A stretch of DNA of 64,000 bases from a virus. Positions 28,511 through 38,924 of this stretch are shown piece by piece. How positions within the stretch are numbered: the first letter of the stretch is position 1; every line of letters starts with the position of its first letter. The notes below the pieces were generated by a model, which made no database searches, was not told where the DNA came from, and saw only the letters and a list, made by a program, of their open reading frames with translations. The translations under genes were made by a program, and so were the position numbers. The stretch covers positions 38,519 to 102,518 of the IMG/VR virus record IMGVR_UViG_3300001679_000053, one strand, 5' to 3'.

Positions 28511-31135
28511 TCAATGGCCGGCCATACCTTGGTAGCTAACAGCGCCCAGTCGACCGTCTACTATCTCGGTTACTACTGTACCTAGTTGGTCCTTGCCAAT
28601 ACTGATCGGAATACTTACTTGAGTTGTTTGTGGACCGCCTCCTGCGCCGGCGGTAGTGGTGCCCATAGCACTAGCTACTTGATCGAGTAGTCCGGTGGCG
28701 CCGAACATATCTGCTAACGGAGTCATCGCGCTTCGGACACGTTCTGCTGCGTCAGCCTTTAATTCGTCCATGGAGACCTGTCCGGCTTTCAGGCGACCAA
28801 GAGTGACGCCGGCTTGGTCGGGAACACCCGCATAAACCTCGTCGACGAGAGCCGGCATCTTGGCGGCTACTGACTGCATCGGTTGCACGAATGTCGGATC
28901 GATAACCTCTCGCATCATCTTTTCGGATGGTGAGGATATTTCCATTTCTGTTTTGATACCCGTTACCGACTCAGCCCATTCGCCCGGGAGCCACTTAACA
29001 AACTTGCTTACATTATCCTTAATGCCGTCGAAATTGAAGGTTTCTGCGAACAAGTGTCCGAGTTTACCAAGTAGGTTACCAAGCATTATAATTGGAGACA
29101 TTAAAAGCTTAAATGCTGACGCTGCGGTTTTTAAGCTTTTTGCTAGCATCCCTCCTGTAAAGAGATCCAGGAAGCTCGGGGAATTTTTCTTTTTGACGAT
29201 TCCCATAACCTCTCCAAGCCACAGGACAAGATGGGTGAGAGCGTAGACGAGCAACCCAATGGGGGCGTACACGAGCGCCAGGGCCGCGCCGATGCCGATC
29301 ATGACGTACATCATGGCTTTACCAGCCATTATAATCATGTCCTTGTTTTCTTTAAACCAATCCGAAAGCTCGCCAAGCTTGTCAACAAAATATATAATTT
29401 TCTCCGGGAGGGCTTTCATGCCCGGCAACATTGCAGTCTCCATAAGTAATGCAAAGCTATCTCCTAATTTTTGCAGCGGCCCTTCGCCCTTAGCAAAAGC
29501 CTCCAACATATCCTGAAGTGGCTTCTGCATTTTTTTCATTGTGGGGAGAAAGGAGGCTAACGTATTTTTAAGAAGGTCCATTGTGGATTGCCAGTTTTTA
29601 GCCTTTGCTCGTTGCTTTTCAAAGTCTTTTGATGTCTGTCCAATACTTCCATCTAATGCGTTAAAGTCTCCGGACATCATCGCCGCCAATTCACCCACAT
29701 CTTTCAAGCCTGCGGCATTCGCATAGAATTTCTTCTGATAATAACTCATCTCGTTAAAGGATCCAACGGTGTCCATAATGCTGTCCTTGATCATGCTAAA
29801 GCGCTCGACAGGATCGGTCGTCATCATAAGATCCATCGCATTAACCATATTACCACCAATTGCTGCATTCAGCATACCGGCTTGTTTTGCGGCGCCTTCG
29901 AAGGTGTCAAATTTCTCTGTGATTGCAAGAATACGACCGATCTCCATTCCCGTAACCTTGGAAACCATCGCAAGTCTCTTAAACACTCTTTCGCCGTCGC
30001 TGCCAAAACGCTTAAGCTCGTCTGCGCTAGCGGCAAAGTCTTCCATCATCTTGCTGATTGGCACGCCGATATCGGATGCGTGGGCAGATAGCCCTAACAG
30101 AAGTTCGTCTGCACCACCGATACCTATTCCCAGCCCCTTGGTAGCTGCTTGCGCGATTTTAGCGGAGGTTTCTACACTTACACCAAACTCACCCATGAGG
30201 GCGGTTGTTTTGTAAAGATCATCGCGAGCTTTTCCTGAAGCCATCGTATAGTCAGTTGTGCTCTTGTAAAGCGCTCCCTGCGCTGCAGTCGCCTCTTCCA
30301 TGGAAACACCTACTGCGCGCATATTGTACTCTAAGTCTGGTATCGCTTTGCCGAATTTTGCGGCTGCACCGGTGGATCGTTGAAAGGCTACTGTAGCATC
30401 TCTGGTTTTTACTGCGAGCATGATGGTGAATTCGATGAGTTTCGCGATGGCGGCCACCACCAACAGAATAATACCAATGCCGAGTGCAGCGGTCAGCATC
30501 GAGGCGGAGACCGCGCCGGCTCGGAGGGCTTTCGTCAGATTGCCGGCCAATTTCCACATGCTGTGTAGTCCTTTTCCGCCCTTCAGAATTGCAGAACCAA
30601 TTTTGGACTGCCCGAGTGCTTGGGCGCCCAAGTTTTTAAGCATCGATTTGCCTTGCTCAATACCTTTGAGTCCGTTTTCTAAGTTTTCTTTTTCGGTCTT
30701 GATGTTTCTTTTATTTTGCTTTAGTTTGCTAACCATACCCTTAAGCGTCTCTTGGGAAACGGATTTATCTTTTGTTGCGAGCGCTAGTCTCTTCTCATCT
30801 AGACTCAAGCTATCTTGCAGAAGAGCAATCCTATCCTGAGCTATTTTTTCGTGGTGTTCCGTCTTCTTCAAAAAATTAAACATCGAAACATTCTTCTTCT
30901 CAAGGAGGGTAAGCTCCGCCTCCTGCTGTTTCAAAGCCTCATTTTGGGCGCCGATTGACTTTTTCTGGTCGGCTGTTCTTTCCTGCAGGCGTTTCGCCTC
31001 GTGGGCGGCTGCATCTTCTTGGTCCTTGCGAATCTCCTTGACGATCTTTAGGTTTTTTTCGTTGAGGGCAATACCTTCGCGGATAAGCTCATTTTCTGCC
31101 GCTAGGTCCGCTGCGCTTTTTCCGTCGTCTGCCAA
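28511..31135 (-). CDS. tail tape measure protein
   Basis: 874 aa helical, Ala/Gly-rich, two hydrophobic segments; follows tail chaperones. Confidence 0.8.
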   Translation of the reverse strand: MADDGKSAADLAAENELIREGIALNEKNLKIVKEIRKDQEDAAAHEAKRLQERTADQKKSIGAQNEALKQQEAELTLLEKKNVSMFNFLKKTEHHEKIAQDRIALLQDSLSLDEKRLALATKDKSVSQETLKGMVSKLKQNKRNIKTEKENLENGLKGIEQGKSMLKNLGAQALGQSKIGSAILKGGKGLHSMWKLAGNLTKALRAGAVSASMLTAALGIGIILLVVAAIAKLIEFTIMLAVKTRDATVAFQRSTGAAAKFGKAIPDLEYNMRAVGVSMEEATAAQGALYKSTTDYTMASGKARDDLYKTTALMGEFGVSVETSAKIAQAATKGLGIGIGGADELLLGLSAHASDIGVPISKMMEDFAASADELKRFGSDGERVFKRLAMVSKVTGMEIGRILAITEKFDTFEGAAKQAGMLNAAIGGNMVNAMDLMMTTDPVERFSMIKDSIMDTVGSFNEMSYYQKKFYANAAGLKDVGELAAMMSGDFNALDGSIGQTSKDFEKQRAKAKNWQSTMDLLKNTLASFLPTMKKMQKPLQDMLEAFAKGEGPLQKLGDSFALLMETAMLPGMKALPEKIIYFVDKLGELSDWFKENKDMIIMAGKAMMYVMIGIGAALALVYAPIGLLVYALTHLVLWLGEVMGIVKKKNSPSFLDLFTGGMLAKSLKTAASAFKLLMSPIIMLGNLLGKLGHLFAETFNFDGIKDNVSKFVKWLPGEWAESVTGIKTEMEISSPSEKMMREVIDPTFVQPMQSVAAKMPALVDEVYAGVPDQAGVTLGRLKAGQVSMDELKADAAERVRSAMTPLADMFGATGLLDQVASAMGTTTAGAGGGPQTTQVSIPISIGKDQLGTVVTEIVDGRLGAVSYQGMAGH

Positions 31136-31156
31136 AGTGATTACCTCGCTATAGAA

Positions 31157-31163
31157 TAATTAG
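31157..31163 (-). promoter_or_regulatory. putative late promoter motif CTANTTA
   Basis: CTAATTA between terminator and tape-measure RBS. Confidence 0.55.
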
Positions 31164-31172
31164 TATGAATAC

Positions 31173-31200
31173 AAAAAAGGCAAGAGTTCTATCTCTTACC
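31173..31200 (-). terminator. intrinsic terminator
   Basis: GGTAAGAG-ATAGAA-CTCTTGCC-TTTTTT. Confidence 0.7.
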
Positions 31201-31426
31201 TTTTCTTGGGGGCATTCATGCCTTTGGGCTGGTTATGCGATGACAACGTCTGGCTTGAAGATCCGCCTCGTTGTGAATCTTTCATGGCTGCATTTTCGTC
31301 TTCGATCTGCCTTGCCAAGCGTTCTGTGAACCACAGTCTAAGCCCAACGGGCAAATTATAGGATTCAGTAAGCGACCATCCGCCGGCGTATTTTAGGAAG
31401 AAGAACTGCTCATAGACGTTTCGCAT
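31196..31426 (-). CDS. tail/baseplate assembly chaperone C-terminal module (gp51-like; possible frameshift extension)
   Basis: YEQFFFLKY.GGWSLTE.YNLP..LRLW motif; open frame extends upstream across a T7 run. Confidence 0.65.
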   Translation of the reverse strand: MRNVYEQFFFLKYAGGWSLTESYNLPVGLRLWFTERLARQIEDENAAMKDSQRGGSSSQTLSSHNQPKGMNAPKKR

Positions 31427-31430
31427 ATAC

Positions 31431-32294
31431 TCATCGGTCAGGCCAAAAAAAGTCCGCTGTCAACGGCACCTCCATTTCCTGTTCGTGATCGCACTCAGAG
31501 CATGCAAACTCTTGTGTCAGATCCAGGTCCGGATTAGTGGCTTTGTATGCGTTTCGCAGATATCGAGAGTCAAGCGATGGAAGGTTTTCAACTACATAAG
31601 AAATGAGTTTAGGATCGTCATCACCATTGACCTGTGCGATAATTGTTTTAAGCTGTTGAGTAATATTGTGCTCGCCGTCCTTCGAACGCTTTGAGCTTTC
31701 GAGAAGCTTTAAAAGCCTCTTCTCTTCGCGGCCGGTCATTAAACCAAAGGTAATGTCTATCTCAGTGCGAGGAAGAGCAACGTTAAACGTACCGTCCCCG
31801 TTATCGACTACGCCAGCATCTTTAGCTTCATCAGCCGTATCCTTTGCTTCACACTCATTCAAATCAAACATAAACTCTTGATTAACGCCGCATGCAGGGC
31901 ACGTAACATTGGTTGTGTACTCGTTGCCATAGCCCGAAACACGGGTTGCAACAACAATTGCGTTTTTATCTCCAATAAGAAGACTACTGACTTCAATGCG
32001 CTTATCAACAATAACGTTACGCAAAACCCTATCGAGGGCAATTCCCTTTTTAAGCAAAGATCTCGAAGTCAGAATATCTTCCTCTTTCGCAGTCATCTGC
32101 TTGATTTCAATGGTGGACTCGTTATGCAGGGGGTGACCCTCCACATAAAAGCGCCCCTCAGATGGTAGATCCACAAACTCTGTAGGAACAACGAAGGAAA
32201 AGGGTGATTCCTGCGCCCCTTCTGCTACTTGTGGAACGGGCGGATCAGCATGTGTTTGCTTTGTGCCGCCAACACGTTCTCTATTTCTTGACAA
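31431..32294 (-). CDS. baseplate hub / tail assembly chaperone (T4 gp26-like)
   Basis: VDLPSEG.FY, MTAKEEDIL, CPAC and CSEC, C-terminal DFFWP. Confidence 0.8.
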   Translation of the reverse strand: MSRNRERVGGTKQTHADPPVPQVAEGAQESPFSFVVPTEFVDLPSEGRFYVEGHPLHNESTIEIKQMTAKEEDILTSRSLLKKGIALDRVLRNVIVDKRIEVSSLLIGDKNAIVVATRVSGYGNEYTTNVTCPACGVNQEFMFDLNECEAKDTADEAKDAGVVDNGDGTFNVALPRTEIDITFGLMTGREEKRLLKLLESSKRSKDGEHNITQQLKTIIAQVNGDDDPKLISYVVENLPSLDSRYLRNAYKATNPDLDLTQEFACSECDHEQEMEVPLTADFFWPDR

Positions 32295-32325
32295 TATACA
32301 CCTCTCAAATTATGGATTGTCTGTT

Positions 32326-32919
32326 TTATACACCGAAGAATTCGTTTCCGCCACCAGCAACTGCTGCAGAAGCATTCGCTGTTTCGACACGGGCCCAATC
32401 ATATTTAAGTGTAACGCTCAACTCAGTCAACTCATCTTCGCCATAGGAAAGATCGCCGAACTTAAGATCTGTAATGAAAGCATTCCACAGTGTCCAGGTT
32501 TCAAGCGGCTTGCCATCGGAGTCAATCTGTGTAATGTAGACTGTTCCAAGTGCGCCGGCGGCTTTAGCCTTAGACATGGTACCCATTTGTTCTGCAGTAG
32601 CATCGGTAGGTGGTGAATACCCTGATTGTACCACAATATCAGAAAGGGTTGCAGTCATATCTGGGTTTACTGGGTCGACAAGCGTAATTGCCGTCTCGTT
32701 CCAAGTGACAGAACCAGGATATTGGAAAGTATGGTTTAGATACTTGTGCTCTGCAGTACTAATACTGAAGGAGGGCTTTTGAACTGACTTTGCATACCAA
32801 AGTGTGGCGCCATTCCCCATAGGATCCTGAATTCCCGTGAATTCTACTGTAAATCTAAAAGATCTTTTTGGATCTTTCAGTGAAGTGTCTTCTCCAAAGT
32901 TTGTTGACCAGAATGGCAT
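32326..32919 (-). CDS. tail tube protein (gp19-like)
   Basis: PKRSFRF, YPG.VTW, WTL.NAFIT...GDLSY, LKYDW; follows sheath. Confidence 0.85.
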   Translation of the reverse strand: MPFWSTNFGEDTSLKDPKRSFRFTVEFTGIQDPMGNGATLWYAKSVQKPSFSISTAEHKYLNHTFQYPGSVTWNETAITLVDPVNPDMTATLSDIVVQSGYSPPTDATAEQMGTMSKAKAAGALGTVYITQIDSDGKPLETWTLWNAFITDLKFGDLSYGEDELTELSVTLKYDWARVETANASAAVAGGGNEFFGV

Positions 32920-32943
32920 TTTAAGTAATCTCCCTTAATATTG

Positions 32944-32950
32944 TAACTAG
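32944..32950 (-). promoter_or_regulatory. putative late promoter motif CTANTTA
   Basis: CTAGTTA in sheath-tube gap. Confidence 0.55.
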
Positions 32951-32965
32951 TTGGTTCATAATTTA

Positions 32966-35900
32966 TTAGTCGTCAAAAGACGCTCCAGTTGATGCGATAA
33001 CAAAGTCAATCGCAATGAACTCGATGGCACGTGCCGGCTTGACCATAATCTTCGCATACATGATGTTCTGATCAATCAAGTCAGGGGTGGTGGTGGTTTC
33101 GTCGAGAATCAACTTGTAGTCAGTGATACCAAAGGTAACCTTGACGTTTGCGAGGAATGGCTCGACTAACGAACGGAAGCGGTTCCAAGTGGCCTGTACG
33201 TTCTGCTCGAAGAGAATCTTGGACGAGATGATGGAGATTTGCTTCTTCAAGTAAATCACCAAGCGGCGTACGTTGATTCTGTCCAGTGCAGACTGGCGCT
33301 GTTGGAGGGTCTTCTGTCCGAAGACCACAATTCCAGTAGATGGGAAGGACGCAATCGGATTGATGCGCGCTTCGTATAGAATGTCGCGCTCCTTAGAAGT
33401 TAATCGCTGGGTCACATTCAGAACTGGAAGTCCTGCTGCACCCTCGGTAAGTCCGCCGCGGTTAAAGCCTGCGGGAGCGAACCAAAGTTGCGACTTCTTC
33501 TGTGAGCTAGCAAGAACGCCCATCATGGCGACAGTTGGCGGAATCCAGAGGAGTCGACCTGTTCCCTCATCGCGGGTCTGAACCCACGGATAGAAGGTAG
33601 CGCCGTAGCTTGTATCAATCTTGCGATCTCGAAGCGAGATTGCTGTTTGAGTTGGAGTTGAAGCAAGGCGGTCTGCCTTGTTGGCTTTATAAATCTCGTG
33701 AGTTGGCAAATATACATTCGCTAAGTCAATGAGAGCCAGAGCATCGCCTCGGGCTGCACAGATGTCCATCGCTTTCTCGGTTAATTGATTGTTTGTAAGT
33801 CCGGGTGCACAGAGCATGTTCATATCTATTGCTTCAGGATCCGCAACGCTGTCCATTGCGCGGGCCCAAGTGTGATAGATATAGTCATTGTCCTCAGTAG
33901 ACGATCCAGGTGTCATCCCCTTATTATATGCGGGATCTGGTTTCGTAATATCCCAGCCATCGAATGCACCCCAAAGTGGTACTGTAAACTTGTTGTATCC
34001 AGCATCCAGAATAGCCTTCCAGCTACCAGTTGTGTAGGATTGTTCTCGGGCACGAGAGCCGGAAGCGTAGTAGAATACACCGGTTGAGCCTGAGATAACA
34101 TCGTCCAAGGAGAAAACATACCCCCATCCGTTATATCCGCGCGCACCGATATCACCTGCGGTGGCTGGTGCAGTTGGATCATCCGGCCAGTTTTTGGACC
34201 ACATTCTGTGCATTTCACCAATCCCAGGGGTTGAGATGGTACTGTTTATTCCGCGAGATGTTTGCATACCGAAGTAAGCATTTCGAGGGTCAGTAAGACC
34301 TCCAGCAGAAGCTGAATATCTAAGGCGCGCCTTCGGGAACTCCATTTTGAGAGCAAAGTAATCAAGAGCACCACTACCTATGGACATTCCATGCCTTGGA
34401 CTACGTCCGCCGCCGTGGTCGTAGGCGGCGCCGCCCTGGCGCCAAGAGCCTGTTGCCGGTACCGAGAAGCCTGGCGTGGCGGTACCGCCGGGGGTGTAAC
34501 CGTTGGCTCCAAAAGTTGAACCGGAGCCAGCAAATGACACGTAGGTTCCAGACACACTATTGACACTATCGCTAGTGCCGTGGCCATAGGTACCGCCGGG
34601 ACCGGTATTCAGCCCCAGGCGCCGGCATGTGGCGCCGGAGACATCCAGAAGTTTTGGAGGACCAAAATATCCAAAGGGAAGTGTAACTGCATCAATGGCG
34701 CCTGCTTCGACGTCGGCGTTCATTTGAATATACACAAATTTGGAATTGTTGTCGTATTCGCCATAGCGACGGAGTCTCTTCTCCTTGGCATCCCACTTAA
34801 CATACATATCGCCGATCTTTCGGGCGACAAAGTTGGGGCTAGCTGGGTTGAGGGTACATTCGTCATAACGCTCAAGGACAACAACATCATTATCTGAGTC
34901 GTTCATATCGCGAAGGATGACCGAGAATGTTCCGTAATCGCTAACGGAGCTGTTAGATTGGCGAACATTACTAATTGAAATCTTAACATTGTCCATAAGC
35001 CATTCGCCATGGCCGCGGCCCACGAGGCGGAAAAGCTTCTGTATACCTGGAGCATAATATTCGTCTGCGGCTCCTAGATCCTGTCCAATGATCCAACTTG
35101 TACGCCCCTCTGTAGAAGCTACTTGCTTCATTTGGGCTGGTGTGTTATCTGTATCGACGCTTGTTTTTGTCTTAGAATCAGTTAACGTATTGTATCCTAT
35201 AGCAGTAATCATTCCCACCACATTCTTGTTGGTGGCTAAACCTTTATCAAGGAGATCCTGATCGAAAGTCTCGCCTAAGAAGTAGTTAACTTCGGTAGCA
35301 GACGGGTAGAAATCGCCGGCGGTCGCCAGTTGTGGATTCGTATTAAGCTTCTTGCGAATGTAGTTTTCGGAAGAGTCATTAAGGTTGAACTTAATTTTCT
35401 TGCTGACTCCGGAGGCAGAATAAATAAGAGTGAAAAGACCTGTTGTAGAATTAGCCTTAATCAGAGTGTTAATTCCTTGAACGCCAGCTTTTCCTTCTTC
35501 ACCCGTCGTGCCGCCGGTGGCGGACTCGGTCCCGTATAGGGAACCCGACAGAAGAGGAACGCCCTGCTGTGTATAAATAATAGCAGCAAGAGAGGCTGTT
35601 GCAGCCGCTCCAGAAATGATGCCGCGCAGAGTGCCGCCGGCCGAGGTCTGGGCTGCCGATGCGGATGGAAAGACCCAAAGTCCCCATGCTCCGCCAGTTG
35701 TGCCCATGACAGCCGTAGGTCCAGCATTCGTTGTAGCCCAACCTGCGGCGGCGGCGCCACCAGCAGTTCGGCCTGCATCAGTTTGTTGTCCGAGAAGTCG
35801 CACGTAAGTAACAGGTGCGACGTTAGAGCGGAGGAAAGCCTTGGCAGCGTAGCCACCATACATAGGGGAAGTATAGTTGCCCTCGCGGTAAATATCGCTA

Positions 35901-36103
35901 TTTCCGCCGCCGGCTACAGTGTCTCCAAACATCTCAACAAATTTTGAGTATGATTCCACCTTAACGGGGGTCATTGCCAGGCCGCGGCGCGCGCGGCCAA
36001 CGACTACTGGTCCAATCTCTGGAGCGTTTCTTGGTATAAAGGAATTATCAATCTCATTGATGAAAACTCCTGGAGATACAAATTTAAAATTCTTTACCGA
36101 CAT
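32966..36103 (-). CDS. contractile tail sheath protein (gp18-like) with large insertion
   Basis: FVSPGVFINEID, WFAPAGFNRG, INPI, GQKTL, RINVRRL, PARAIEFI. Confidence 0.95.
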   Translation of the reverse strand: MSVKNFKFVSPGVFINEIDNSFIPRNAPEIGPVVVGRARRGLAMTPVKVESYSKFVEMFGDTVAGGGNSDIYREGNYTSPMYGGYAAKAFLRSNVAPVTYVRLLGQQTDAGRTAGGAAAAGWATTNAGPTAVMGTTGGAWGLWVFPSASAAQTSAGGTLRGIISGAAATASLAAIIYTQQGVPLLSGSLYGTESATGGTTGEEGKAGVQGINTLIKANSTTGLFTLIYSASGVSKKIKFNLNDSSENYIRKKLNTNPQLATAGDFYPSATEVNYFLGETFDQDLLDKGLATNKNVVGMITAIGYNTLTDSKTKTSVDTDNTPAQMKQVASTEGRTSWIIGQDLGAADEYYAPGIQKLFRLVGRGHGEWLMDNVKISISNVRQSNSSVSDYGTFSVILRDMNDSDNDVVVLERYDECTLNPASPNFVARKIGDMYVKWDAKEKRLRRYGEYDNNSKFVYIQMNADVEAGAIDAVTLPFGYFGPPKLLDVSGATCRRLGLNTGPGGTYGHGTSDSVNSVSGTYVSFAGSGSTFGANGYTPGGTATPGFSVPATGSWRQGGAAYDHGGGRSPRHGMSIGSGALDYFALKMEFPKARLRYSASAGGLTDPRNAYFGMQTSRGINSTISTPGIGEMHRMWSKNWPDDPTAPATAGDIGARGYNGWGYVFSLDDVISGSTGVFYYASGSRAREQSYTTGSWKAILDAGYNKFTVPLWGAFDGWDITKPDPAYNKGMTPGSSTEDNDYIYHTWARAMDSVADPEAIDMNMLCAPGLTNNQLTEKAMDICAARGDALALIDLANVYLPTHEIYKANKADRLASTPTQTAISLRDRKIDTSYGATFYPWVQTRDEGTGRLLWIPPTVAMMGVLASSQKKSQLWFAPAGFNRGGLTEGAAGLPVLNVTQRLTSKERDILYEARINPIASFPSTGIVVFGQKTLQQRQSALDRINVRRLVIYLKKQISIISSKILFEQNVQATWNRFRSLVEPFLANVKVTFGITDYKLILDETTTTPDLIDQNIMYAKIMVKPARAIEFIAIDFVIASTGASFDD

Positions 36104-36158
36104 CTTTTGGTCCCTTCCTCTCTTTTAAAGTAATTTGAGTATGACTGTCAATCATCTG

Positions 36159-36165
36159 TAAATAG
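36159..36165 (-). promoter_or_regulatory. putative late promoter motif CTANTTA
   Basis: CTATTTA upstream of sheath. Confidence 0.55.
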
Positions 36166-36222
36166 TATTTTCAACTTCAAAAGTCTTGAAGAGAATTAAT
36201 AAAATCTATTTTACTTCCTGAA

Positions 36223-37098
36223 CTACTTCTCAAAAAAGCCATCATTGCCAGGAACAGGTGCGAGTTCGCGTGGAAACGTGACTTCAACAGTATTTTCGTC
36301 GAGGCGCACAATAGGTCGGTCATCATTCACCCCCTCCCCTATCAGGTATCCTAAAACCCGAATTCCAACCTCTGTGGTATACATACGCATTTCTTCTTGC
36401 ATATCATCCACGTTGTTGGTTTGTGCAAAGTCTTGATTGATAAAAGCTTCGTATAAATGTCCGTTTCTTTTCAAAGTAAAAGCATTGATTTGACCTGTTC
36501 TCGCAATAAAAGGCGCCACCAAGCTGTTCATCTGTTCCTGATATTCGGATTTCAAGATAATCTTATATTCTAGGTTAATATAAACCGGAATGGGAATAGA
36601 CAAAGACTGAATTACTACTTTTCTATTCACGCGAGGGTAATAAGGCTGCCCGGGCTCACCCACTATTTTTCTCATGCTCGCAGCGACGGCAAAGTTTCGC
36701 GTTTTATCTTGCACAATCTTCTTTGCAATAACAATGCGTCCAGTTCTGCCATCTTTATTGTGAGAATAGAGATTTGCTTGAAATGATCCTTTGCGGGTGG
36801 GATCTTTAGCAATAGAAGTGCGCGTAATGCTAACGATCGGAAGTTTAAGGGCGCCTCCATCATCCCGAAGAGACTTTTCGTGCTTAATCTGATACGATCT
36901 TTCTGGTGCTTGCCACAACACAGGAACCTTCGTGAACCCTTCATTTGTGCGAGCGGATAAGTCGAGATCTTCTTTTAGCCATGAAGTAATTGCATAGTCA
37001 ATGCTTTCGATACTAGATCCAAGCATTCCTATATCTTCTAGTGTTCCCTCTTTGAAATCAGGGGGAAGCATGGCAAAATCAAAATTTTCAGGTAGCAT
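36223..37098 (-). CDS. tail terminator / sheath stabiliser (gp15-like)
   Basis: VPVLW..PER, LPIVSI, PVYINLEY motifs; synteny; start moved to ATG 37098. Confidence 0.65.
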   Translation of the reverse strand: MLPENFDFAMLPPDFKEGTLEDIGMLGSSIESIDYAITSWLKEDLDLSARTNEGFTKVPVLWQAPERSYQIKHEKSLRDDGGALKLPIVSITRTSIAKDPTRKGSFQANLYSHNKDGRTGRIVIAKKIVQDKTRNFAVAASMRKIVGEPGQPYYPRVNRKVVIQSLSIPIPVYINLEYKIILKSEYQEQMNSLVAPFIARTGQINAFTLKRNGHLYEAFINQDFAQTNNVDDMQEEMRMYTTEVGIRVLGYLIGEGVNDDRPIVRLDENTVEVTFPRELAPVPGNDGFFEK

Positions 37099-37576
37099 CG
37101 AATAGTCCCTTTCTTGCGCGGCGACAGCGGCCGGAAATCTCAAAACCATGCTCAACTTGACCAAACAGTTTTGTATCTTCGCTTAACTTAACTATCTCGT
37201 AATAATAATCTCCGTACAAAACAAAGTCACCTTCTCGAACATACATGTCTTGATCTTGTTCTAAGCGTCGTTTATGGAAGTGAACATTAATCTCCCAAGT
37301 CTTATCAATTCCAGCGTCTGCTAAATAATCAGTGGAGAACTCTGTGAATTCAACCAGTGCGTAAATGCGGATTGGTGGGAGGTAGGTTTTTTCTATAGCC
37401 TCTCCATATAAACCGTGAAAGTCAGTTCTTTCAATGTCGACGGGGTAATAGAGCAATTGCTGCCCGATGACCTTTTCGATTAACTCATCATTAACCTGTT
37501 TGACCAGATCACGCTCTTTCTTGCCAAAGAAAAGCGGAGGTGGTGGATTTTTAGGTCTGTTCCATTCGTTCGCCAT
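37088..37576 (-). CDS. neck / head-closure protein (gp14-like)
   Basis: ELIEKVIGQ..LYY, LYGEA, EGDFV motifs; synteny. Confidence 0.7.
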   Translation of the reverse strand: MANEWNRPKNPPPPLFFGKKERDLVKQVNDELIEKVIGQQLLYYPVDIERTDFHGLYGEAIEKTYLPPIRIYALVEFTEFSTDYLADAGIDKTWEINVHFHKRRLEQDQDMYVREGDFVLYGDYYYEIVKLSEDTKLFGQVEHGFEISGRCRRARKGLFDAT

Positions 37577-37581
37577 CTAAG

Positions 37582-38853
37582 TTACCCCACAAATATCGGC
37601 AGTGGGGAATTCTTAAAGGTTGTGGCCACAGCCTCGGTCTTCTCGCTATCTTGTTTGGCGAGGGCGCCGTACTCCATCTCTTTTAACATCTCTACTAGCT
37701 TATCTTTAAGCTCTGTTTGCTCTTCTTTTGCTTGCGAAAGCAATTCGCTGTGGTTTAGCGTTACACTGTCCCCAGGAATGGGCATCGTGGTAAATTTACC
37801 TCGAATCTGCCCCAACATCTCTTTACAAAGCGCAAGACAATACTTTCTAATCCACTGTTTACCCATGGAATTGATATTTTTATAAGGTAGGTTACTGAAT
37901 GGCAGTGTATTCACGTTGTTAACGCCTTCGGTGCCGTCTACCATGTTTGAATTACTATCCCACGCATCTGGCATGACATAAAATCTTAACCACATGCGAT
38001 CCATGTCGGAAATATCCCAGTGGCCCGGAGTGGGGTAAAGTCTAAGTTTATTATCGATTAGCTCATAAGAATAGTGTGATGTGCGAGTGAATAAGGAATC
38101 CTCATACATAATCGCCTGCATCTTGTTCTGCCATGTCGGGATCACCTCAAAAGTAGAGTCATCTGCATACTGTCCGTATGTCGCCATGTTTCCGACGACG
38201 CCCATACCACCATAATAGCCGTAAAACCTCCACATAGCTCTCGGAGACTTATAAAAGACTTTAGTGACATAGACACGCTTGCCCTCGACTGATCCGGAGA
38301 ATGGAACAGGCTTTCCTCGATCGTCATGTCCGGCAGCACTCGCACTATTGATGATTGTTTGAATATCGTAGTCTTGTTGTTTTGCTTTGGGCTTAAAGGA
38401 CGCCGAATATTCCGGTATAGTGCCACCAAAACCAGCAATTGCAGACAATCCATCGCCAACACGCTTGGCATAGGTCATCTGGAACCGCGGGAAGCGTAAG
38501 CTGCTGCCTGACGGTCCATCTACTTGTTCACCTTGGTGGTTAAACGTACCAGTGGTGTTTCCTAGCGCATCCGAAAGGATATTTTTGCCTTGGTGCAAGT
38601 TAAGAATATAAGAATATTCTAACACTGCCTCTTCATAGGCAGAATAGACATTAGAGGGTGTTAGTTCGATGTCTACGACGTCCCCACCAAGCTTTTTATA
38701 GACGTAGGCTACCTGGGTTGAGGCACCGCTCAAAAATTCGTTAGAGCCGGTATAAATACCAAATGGTACAGCGGCAGCAACTAGGGCAGCACTGCCGGTA
38801 CTGGTTAGAATGACTGTGCTAGTGTTTGATTTCGGATTAAGTTGTGTGGGCAC
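37582..38853 (-). CDS. neck / head-tail adaptor protein (gp13-like)
   Basis: KLGG..VDIEL, WIRKY.LALCKEMLGQIRGKF..PIPG..VTLN, P.FVG end. Confidence 0.8.
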   Translation of the reverse strand: MPTQLNPKSNTSTVILTSTGSAALVAAAVPFGIYTGSNEFLSGASTQVAYVYKKLGGDVVDIELTPSNVYSAYEEAVLEYSYILNLHQGKNILSDALGNTTGTFNHQGEQVDGPSGSSLRFPRFQMTYAKRVGDGLSAIAGFGGTIPEYSASFKPKAKQQDYDIQTIINSASAAGHDDRGKPVPFSGSVEGKRVYVTKVFYKSPRAMWRFYGYYGGMGVVGNMATYGQYADDSTFEVIPTWQNKMQAIMYEDSLFTRTSHYSYELIDNKLRLYPTPGHWDISDMDRMWLRFYVMPDAWDSNSNMVDGTEGVNNVNTLPFSNLPYKNINSMGKQWIRKYCLALCKEMLGQIRGKFTTMPIPGDSVTLNHSELLSQAKEEQTELKDKLVEMLKEMEYGALAKQDSEKTEAVATTFKNSPLPIFVG

Positions 38854-38872
38854 CCAAAAGCCCTCCTAGGAA

Positions 38873-38879
38873 TAAATAG
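38873..38879 (-). promoter_or_regulatory. putative late promoter motif CTANTTA
   Basis: CTATTTA just before AGGAGG RBS. Confidence 0.55.
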
Positions 38880-38924
38880 TAAAGACGCGTACAAAACTCA
38901 AATCAATGCGCAGAAACGTTTATT

